In this document: positions 55,915-64,000 of the stretch, one piece after another
Position numbering within the stretch: the stretch's first letter is position 1
Layout: each line of letters starts with the position of its first letter
Assembly: GCA_937625935.1 (NCBI GenBank)
Contig: OW569393.1
Span: forward strand, 248,001 to 312,000
DNA: 64,000 nt
DNA from: Tetramitus jugosus
Taxonomy: Eukaryota; Protista; Heterolobosea
Direction of reading: 5' to 3'
Notes under the pieces: model-generated
Told to the model about the DNA's origin: nothing
Database searches by the model: none
The model's input: the letters and a program-made list of their open reading frames with translations, nothing else
Program-made: the position numbers and the translations under genes

Positions 55915-58900
55915 ATGGCGAGAACAAGGAATGCGACTGCTGCAAGCGACCCTCCTGCAGCTAAAAAAAGGAGAACCTCCTCAAGTACTGAAAGAAGAGA
56001 AGAATCAGAACAAGTCATCAACAAGGTGAAAGATTTGAGTGGAGATGTTGAGAAACTGTTGGATAAAGTAGGTTCTTTCATGAAGTCTTATGAAAATTGC
56101 CACAGTGAAAACTCGAGTCAGTTCCAACTGTTGCGTACCATTCAAAAACATGCAGCTTCCACAGCTTTGTTTCGTGACGTGAAGAACAAGTCGACCACAA
56201 TTAATATGGCTATGGTCGGTGCTACTGGAAGGGGCAAAAGTTTCATAGGTATGAACGTGATGGGATTTGGATTTTTTTAAGTTTCGTTCTCTGTGCTAAC
56301 ACTTGATTTTCATGAACGGGACAACTGTAAATAGCAAATAATTTGGCTCTGTACGGCACACCGGTCTTTAAAAAAGAACATTTGAGTAAGTTGTTGCCGT
56401 CTACTGTGGATGCAGATGAGGAGTATGATTGTGTAACAGTCATTTCATTCAAGTTGACTTACGAGGAGGAATATTTCCGCTTGAAGTTACACAGAAGGTT
56501 TGATATGGACTCTGGAGATGATGAGGAGCAAAACGATATCGTGATTCCTGAGGATAAGAGCGAAGAAGATAGCACTCAAAGTAGTGTTGGTGAAGAAAGA
56601 GAGGAGGTGAAGATGTTGTATGAGTATCGTCACAATGGCTCATTGGATGAGAAATCATGGTTGGACCAGCTAAACAACATCCGAAGACTGGTCGATGACA
56701 CTACAGATAAGATCAATAGTGGAGAAATTAGATTGGCTGAATGTAAATTCTTTGAAATTGAGGGACCTTTTCCTCTGCTGAAGAGTTATAATTTATCCAT
56801 CTATGATGTATGTAGTTTGTTATCGTGTTGCCCGTAATGCCTCTCTCTAAGCCGTTTATTGTATATAGATTCCAGGATTGACTTCGGACAACGATGATAT
56901 CATAAATTCTGCTACTGCAACATGCAAAGAAGCAAACGTTGTGTGCTTAGTCAACAGCATGGAGACGAGAGGAAAACTCGAGAATCAAGATTTCAATCTC
57001 TTGGAGCCATTTGTTGATAAGGATTTTACCCAGATACCAATCGTTGTTTTTGTTGACAATGTATCTCGAAGATTGAAAGAGGTAGGAGATATTAACTCAG
57101 CAGATGCAAGAAAGAGAATAGTCGGTGATCAACAGGTATTGGATGTATTGATCAATTTCATTCGAGAAAATAGACATAAGCCCAAGTTTCTCCCCAATAT
57201 CAGTGGCTACAGAAGAAATGCGATCGTTGACAAACTGCTCAAGACAAGTTTCGGATTTGCTTTTTATGGCGCTTACTCTGCTGGTTCCAATGTTAAACCA
57301 TTTTCTGATCTGATTGGAAATTCAAATTCCACTTCTCTAGATCCATTCTGTACTCTCCAAGTCTGTAGAAGATATCTTGAGGAGAGAAGCCTTCTACAAA
57401 GCAAGTTTCTTGCTGTGAACTGCATATTTGCCATTGAACGTGATCTAGCCAAGAAAAGATTTCAGAACATTGCAACTCATGCAACACAGATGGAGAGCAT
57501 TGTTGACAAGGAGATGGTTGCTCGAAAACAGATGACGAATAAGTGGAAAGCAGTGTGTGGTCGTGTAATTGATGCTATGGACAATGAATTTACACCGGTG
57601 AAAATCCATGTTCAAAGACTGTGGAGGAAGAGGCTCTTATCTATTATTCCCACTGACTTGTACTTTGACATCATCGAAAGTTGTTTAGAAGAGAATTTAC
57701 AGACCTGTTATGATTTACTAGAAGAGAATTTGAGAAAGATGTTTAAACTAAATGATAGTTATGAATTCCCAGAAGACATTGAGGAGGAGCAACAATACGA
57801 CGAATCGAACAACCCTATCATAATGTCCAATGATAGAAACCCAGTCTCAGACAAACCTCAAGATGAAATTTATCTGAAAGTGAGAGAATCACTTCGAGAA
57901 TTTGTGCGAGAGAAAGCAGAAGAGTTGAGATCTCGAGATGTTCTAACAGATGTGCAAGAAAAGATGTCCAACATTCTGAAGAACAACATTGCTCGCCATG
58001 AGAATCTGGATTTTTCCAATACCATCAATCTTTCCAAACAACGAGTCATGGATATCGTTCAGCGAATGTTAACTCACATGATCAACCGTCGGTGGTCATT
58101 AAGAACAAAGGAATTACTCTTTGGTTCTTTATTTACTCCGAACGACTCGCTAACAAGATTATTTGAGTCTTTTAAAGCCTATGTAGATGGCGCTGAGTTA
58201 GATCAAGCTTCAGTAAAGAAGTTGAAGACTTCAATAACTAAATGGAAGAATCTCAACTTGAAGAAATCTCAAAATAGAGATCTCATTACAATGAAGACCT
58301 TTCAGCAAAGAGATTGGGTGGAATTTAATCATGAACAAGTGGACATTTCAGAGAAGGACCTTTCAAGAACTAAACGCGCACAACGGCAGTCTGAGAAACA
58401 AATTACTCAAAATAGTGTAACGAGCGAGGTGGCAACAAAGAACTTCACTAACTTCGTAGTGAATGATAATTCACCTGTCCAAATTATTATCGATCCAGAA
58501 GCACAGGATTCCTTGATTAGTATCACTTACAGGTCAGAGGGAATCTCGGAAGAAAATTCTGAGATTATTATTCATCTTTACCCAGAGTGGCAAAAGGATC
58601 TTCTCAAATTGATGAAAATCCCTGAAGCGAGCCGAATACATCCAATCTTTATGCCATCATATCGTAGAGCTAAGGACATAAAGAAGAATATCTTCTTTAA
58701 CGGAACAGATTACTTAGAGAACAATGCATACTTGGTGTACCTTGTTGTTGAAGAAGAGGAGGCCTCCGAGTATTACAATATCTTGAAAAAGGAGTTGAGT
58801 CTACTGAAGTTAGTGTTTGTGACGATTCCTAGTGGCAGTCGCGGTATTGGGTTCTCTCGTGCCATGATAAATCTCTTGCAATGCCAGATGAACAAACTCA

Positions 58901-59880
58901 TGAAAAAGGATGGAAATCCTGCATTTGAGTGGTTCTGGACCATTGATGATGATATACGAGGTGTTAGGATGTTTAATATTGATTCACGAACTCTAACAAT
59001 GACTACCCCTTGCACTCTATCGCTAGCATTGCTACAATCCCAAAGAATGCTAAAGGATAGAATAGTTCAAGAACTCAAACAGATAAAGGGTTCAGAGAAT
59101 CTGTCCTTAGTAGAGATGTTCCGTGATGAAATTGATGAATTGTTGAACACTGATGAGAGAAGACATCTGACTCGTGTAATTGAAACGACAATAACGATCA
59201 ATAAGTTGTTAGAATTCAGCACTAACTCAGATGAGGTCGCCTGCTATCAATACCTTCGTAACTTATGTGTAACAAACAAGAGCTTGAAACAAAAGTTCGC
59301 AGAAAACCTGGGACAATGGTTGGATCGAAATATGTCTGAGCAACACTTCCGTAACTGGTTCCGAGAAGTGTTTATCCCATCGCATAAGAGCCAAGGAAAA
59401 ATAGTTCAACTCGCTATAGTTACTAGTCGAATGAACGATAGCCGCACAAATTATAATTTTCTCTCGCGATTGCAATCACATTATCGAGTTTCTTCACACA
59501 GATATGCTTGCGTCCTCAACTATGCCCCTGGAATAAGTGGCTACAACTATCTATCCTTTGATCAATTGTTGATGAATGATGAAGAAGTGTACCAGGAGAG
59601 AGTACGTTATGATAAAGAAAGTCCTTCGGATCGGAAGGAACGAATTCAGAGTATTGCAGCTGCATTGTCCACTGCCAAGAATCGTTTCATGGATGGAGAG
59701 ACTCCAACAGTACCAAACTATGAGTTGCGAGATACATTCTTGGGAGAGGATAAAAAATTTATTGAGAGACTTGAGTTGGACAACAAGACTGGTTTTCAAG
59801 TGTTCTTCTTTGATATTGAATGGGGTAAGCAGAAAACTGGTGGTTGTTTCATTTTCAGGAAAAAACATCAGACATATTGA
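55915..59880 (+). CDS. Dynamin-like GTPase fused to GREB1/TAGT-type GT-A glycosyltransferase; exons 55915-56248, 56335-56807, 56869-59880 (1272 aa)
   Basis: Two GT-AG introns join three ORFs in frame, giving G1 GATGRGKS-FIANNL and G3 YDIPGL. C-terminal PIFMPSYRR, LVVEEEE..EY, P..SRGIGFSR, WTIDDDI and GED. Confidence 0.75.
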
Positions 59881-59969
59881 ACCTAATCCAGTCACAATTG
59901 GCGGTTTTCTTGTCAGAAGGACAACAAGATCATTGGAATAAAGAATTGGATTAAACATGTTTTTTGTGG

Positions 59970-61271
59970 TCAGGACTGACAGGTTACTGTCACATCGCAT
60001 AGAAACTGCCTCAGACGCAACCCGTTAACATCAAGCAAAAATTTCTTCTGCACCGCCTGGTGTACAATGGTTGTGAAGTAAGAACCTGTCATTTGAACAC
60101 ACATAGCTTCATCTAGAGTCATCTCAGTTTCGAATGGTACTTCTTTAGGTGCTTCATTGTCATCAGAGTAACTTCGTAGCCTGTATATTGTGTTTTTAAC
60201 ACGAGCATACATCTCGGCACAACTGGAACCAATTTGAGTCATTGGCCCAAGAGAGAGCAAAGTGATAACATTCTCTTTGGTTTCTGTGTTACCTATGTGT
60301 ACATGCCCACTCGCATCCAGAGCAATGTATCGAGTCCAAGAGCAACATACATCAAGCACATGTACCTTTCGATTAAACAGAGACTCTTCTCGAGTATATT
60401 CTCGTTCTATTCCTGTTGTAAACAAGTTTCCTTGATAATCCAACAGAACTGAAAACATTTCACCAGCATCAATTTTCTTACATTCAAAATTGATGGGACC
60501 TCTCTCGAGTGACAAAGGGTGAATGTAATGCATAAGAGAGACATTTGGATCTATCTGATCTTTTGATAATAGGTGAGAGTTTGGTTGACCCAAACGATAC
60601 ATATTCATCGTGTGTTGTTCTTGCATGAGCAGAAATCGTTTTCCAGATCCCATCTTGCTGATACGGTTCATATGACTATCCATGATGACTGCTCTTGGAA
60701 CACACTGTGTAGTTGCACGATTATTTTCGTCGCTAGAATATGCGCTCTGGGTAACATCGTCCCAGTACTTTCTAGCAATATTTCCACAAGTAAACACTTT
60801 ACCAGTAGTGCTCAAGAAAGCAGAGAACCATCCGTTAGCTCGTACGCACTCAATCTTCAGATTCTTAATTTGTCCATTTATCAACGTTGGATATTTTGTT
60901 CTTTGAGAGTGACCTAGACCTAATTGGCCACTCTCGTTACCTCCCAGTGCCCAACACTTGCCATTAAACTCCAAAAGAATCATGTGCAACGATCCACATG
61001 CAATCTGCTTAATGTGCCTCTGCCCTTGACTCATCAACCACTGTTCATCTCCATGTTCCACAGAGTAACCACCATCTCTGACCTTGATCAACTTGGTTAC
61101 TTGCTTAAATTCACGTCCCAATGGTTTCATCGTGGTGGTGGTAGTGGTATTCTCTTCATCTCTCCATAACTCACCAAATGTGCTTCGTCCCATACCGAAC
61201 AGACTCGATGTCCCAGGTACCATTCTCTTGATGATCCATGTTTCTTGGTGGTCTGCTGGACCAGGTTGCAT
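59970..61271 (-). CDS. RCC1/BLIP-II repeat protein
   Basis: IACGSLH, GGNESGQLGLG, GKVFTCG, IDAGEMFS. Start placed at the first ATG. Confidence 0.8.
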   Translation of the reverse strand: MQPGPADHQETWIIKRMVPGTSSLFGMGRSTFGELWRDEENTTTTTTMKPLGREFKQVTKLIKVRDGGYSVEHGDEQWLMSQGQRHIKQIACGSLHMILLEFNGKCWALGGNESGQLGLGHSQRTKYPTLINGQIKNLKIECVRANGWFSAFLSTTGKVFTCGNIARKYWDDVTQSAYSSDENNRATTQCVPRAVIMDSHMNRISKMGSGKRFLLMQEQHTMNMYRLGQPNSHLLSKDQIDPNVSLMHYIHPLSLERGPINFECKKIDAGEMFSVLLDYQGNLFTTGIEREYTREESLFNRKVHVLDVCCSWTRYIALDASGHVHIGNTETKENVITLLSLGPMTQIGSSCAEMYARVKNTIYRLRSYSDDNEAPKEVPFETEMTLDEAMCVQMTGSYFTTIVHQAVQKKFLLDVNGLRLRQFLCDVTVTCQS

Positions 61272-61390
61272 TTTGGATGTTCCTTTGTTGCAACTTCCAG
61301 AAAAGTTTCGCCGGATGGTCGTGGAAATCATCGCGGTGTTTTTGGAATTTTTAGGAGAATTAAGAGAGGAACTGAAATCTGCTGACTTGA

Positions 61391-62244
61391 ATGGATCTGG
61401 TCAGATGGCTGATGAAGCCATTTCGCCGAGGTGCTGACAGACACATTGAAAAATGTGCTGCTACAGAACTTGAAATTGGTTCTTCACTTTGTAATGATGT
61501 ATGGCCGACTATTATTGAGTTTTGTGACACTTTAGAGTGGTTACAATTGAGTTACACTTGCAAGAGGATCAATCAATTCAAGTTCAATCGATTACTCATG
61601 TGCACCAAGAAGAGAAAACTGAAACAAAGTTTGACTGAGCAAGAAATTGAACACTGGTTTCGATTGGGCAAAGAAACACTGTTTAATGTTCATTTGAACA
61701 AGAATCCAAATGTGGTGAATGATCATTTCCAATTCTTGAAGGGCATCCACACACTCAATATGAGTGGTTGCAAGAGAATCACTGATCAGGCCTTCGAGTA
61801 CTTGAAAGGAATTCACACACTCGATATGAGTCGTTGCGAGCTAACAGACAATGCCATTTCTCATTTAACTGGAATTCATACGCTTGATATAACTCTCTGC
61901 TGGAACATCACTGATGATGCATTTCCTTCTTTGACTGGTATTCATACACTCAACATGTGTGTTTCCTATCGTATATCAGACAATGCATTCTCGTATTTGA
62001 AGGGCATTCACACACTCGATATGAGTGAATGCAACCGAGTCACAGACGCTGCGTTCCGTCATCTGGTTGGTATCCACACACTCGAAATGAATTATTGCAT
62101 TATTGCAAGAATATAACTGGATAGGGGTTTTGTCATTTGACTGGTATTCACACACTCTCCATGTATGGTTGCAAGGTCACGGATCAAGCCCTTAGTCACT
62201 TGGTAGGTATTCACAAACTCTATAAGCAATCAGACCTTGTTTGA
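61391..62244 (+). pseudogene. F-box + LRR gene with disrupted 3' end
   Basis: F-box LCNDVWPTIIEF..LSYTCK and L.GIHTLDMS.C..ITD repeats. An 8-bp duplication (attattgc, about 62091-62107) frameshifts the ORF; two further LRRs and a TAG follow, ending at 62244. Confidence 0.7.
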
Positions 62245-62403
62245 ACATCCAAACAGCGTCCAGTTATCATAATCAAAACTTAGTTAAGAGAGAAAGTGCC
62301 TTGAGAAAACCTCTCTCAATACGATCGGAGCAAACCAGCTGAAGAAGTCAGACATAATCCAATATGATTTATTATCACGATGTGGTCGTTGGAACAACGT
62401 TGA

Positions 62404-64000
62404 CTAGTTAAGCTCACGCAAGATCTCTTGAAGATCTTCATGGATGTCAATGAACTCTGGCCGATCCATTGGATGTCCTTGCCAGCACTCAATCATGAGT
62501 TCGACGTATTTCTGAACAGCAGAAAAATTGTGATAACCAAACTTTTTGCACCATTTGTGAAGCTTCTGTTGATTGATCATACTTCGCAACAAGCGTCTCT
62601 TGGACATATCAGATACATTAACTAATTCTGTGTCACGATTGTCACTATTAAGGAATTCTAAGCTTGGTCTTTCGCCTTCGATGATTCTCAATTGTGGAAT
62701 ACCATCCCAGAACGTATAGGTGCAGTAAGGAACACTTTCTGTCAAGACTTGGTACATCAGTATTCCAAAAGAGTATATGTCACAACTGGTAGTATAACCA
62801 TTGTGACCAGCCAATATTTCAGGGGCACAGTATTGAGGTGTGCCAACCAATCCAGATGCACTCTCTCCACACTTTGACAATCCAAAATCTGCAATCTTAG
62901 GTCTCATGTATTGATCGAGGAGAATGTTCTGAGGTTTCAAGTCGCGATGAATGATTGGAGGCTTTTTGCTGTGCAGATAGATCATTCCTTCACTGATATC
63001 TCTCAAAATTTCGAGCTTGGATGAGAAATCAACTTCAAACTTCAAATTTAGGATGGAGTCAAGGGATCCTCCCTCCATAAGCTCTGTTATCAAGTATCTC
63101 TTATCTTCATGGATACAAACACCCAAGAATAACAATACATTCATATGTCTCAGTTGTATCAGAGTGTGTGCTTCTTCAATAAACTGAGAATCGGAAGCAA
63201 CATCACGCATCAATTTAACGGCCACTCTGCTCTTGCCCCATCTCCCTTCGAATACTTTTCCTGAAGCACCACTTCCTAATAACTTGTCTAACTTAAGATC
63301 ATGATATTCGATTAACCATTTCTTTGTTGAATGTTCCACTGAACCTTGATCTATCCAATGTTCTTCCATTCTCTTGTATTCTTTACTCATTTTGACAAAC
63401 TTGTAACGAGTAAATGCAATTGAACTAACCAAAATAAGTACAATGAGTGCTACGAGAGGAATTGTGATGCCAATGATACATCCAGAGGATCTCTTGGGTG
63501 ACTTATGTAAAGTATGGATGGATGAAGATGAATTGTCAGCACTCCGAGCGAACAAAAATATCATATCGTTCTTCTTTGAAAAGACAACATTCGTCCAGAC
63601 ACTTGCTCTATCACCACAAAAGATAGCATCCTTTAGGATGGGATTCCCTTTTTTTATATCAATAGGGAAGATGAGATTCTTTCCTCCTCTATATTCGGCA
63701 GAAACAAAAATTGTTGAGTGTTGTGAGTCTCCAAAAGCACCGGTAATGAAAAAATTAACTCTCTTCTTGCTCTCTAGCATAAAATAATTACATGAGCTGA
63801 AAGAGAATGGTATCACGAGAACTTTGATATGAGTGTCCCATAGAGTCTTACGATAAAATGTCGGAGTGCCAGTTCGGTATGCAACAACATACAATTTGTT
63901 ATTACGTGGAATAGCGGTTAGTTGACGGTGGATAGATAGGGTAGAATCAATAATACCCTTGATAAAGCCTGTAACGACATTGATTTGAACAAGAAAAGTC
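62404..64000 (-). CDS. Single-pass receptor-like TKL protein kinase; 5' end beyond window
   Basis: TM helix then GSGASG, VAVK, HRDLKPQN, DFG, GTPQYCAPE. Frame stays open to the window edge. Confidence 0.9.
   Translation of the reverse strand, partial: TFLVQINVVTGFIKGIIDSTLSIHRQLTAIPRNNKLYVVAYRTGTPTFYRKTLWDTHIKVLVIPFSFSSCNYFMLESKKRVNFFITGAFGDSQHSTIFVSAEYRGGKNLIFPIDIKKGNPILKDAIFCGDRASVWTNVVFSKKNDMIFLFARSADNSSSSIHTLHKSPKRSSGCIIGITIPLVALIVLILVSSIAFTRYKFVKMSKEYKRMEEHWIDQGSVEHSTKKWLIEYHDLKLDKLLGSGASGKVFEGRWGKSRVAVKLMRDVASDSQFIEEAHTLIQLRHMNVLLFLGVCIHEDKRYLITELMEGGSLDSILNLKFEVDFSSKLEILRDISEGMIYLHSKKPPIIHRDLKPQNILLDQYMRPKIADFGLSKCGESASGLVGTPQYCAPEILAGHNGYTTSCDIYSFGILMYQVLTESVPYCTYTFWDGIPQLRIIEGERPSLEFLNSDNRDTELVNVSDMSKRRLLRSMINQQKLHKWCKKFGYHNFSAVQKYVELMIECWQGHPMDRPEFIDIHEDLQEILRELN

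Overview
Eukaryotic, AT-rich, gene-dense DNA with short GT-AG introns. The gene repertoire (DUF4116 repeats, Cache/HAMP class III cyclases, RGS, RCC1, TPR and F-box-LRR genes) points by inference to a Naegleria-like heterolobosean. The window has two compartments. About 1-29 kb is an accessory, fast-turnover region. It holds five coiled-coil genes in two subfamilies that end in a GrpE-like beta-domain, one intact HSPA12-like Hsp70-VWA fusion, several decayed Hsp70 relics, and a nest of transposons (a CACTA/CMC relic, four MULE-like relics, LINE fragments, a MITE and an apparently intact Ginger2/TDD element with TIRs and a 5-bp TSD). About 29-64 kb is mostly ordinary genes: TRIM-DUF4116, PTGR3-like, tRNA-Val, MFS, RPL14, RPAP3, AhpC-RGS, two receptor cyclases, two TPR paralogs, RCC1, F-box-LRR and a TKL kinase. 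It also contains a 3-exon gene fusing a dynamin-like GTPase to a GREB1/TAGT-type glycosyltransferase. The best candidates for undescribed biology are the Hsp70-VWA/GrpE-like cluster and the GTPase-glycosyltransferase fusion. All family assignments are by eye from motifs; no database search was run.
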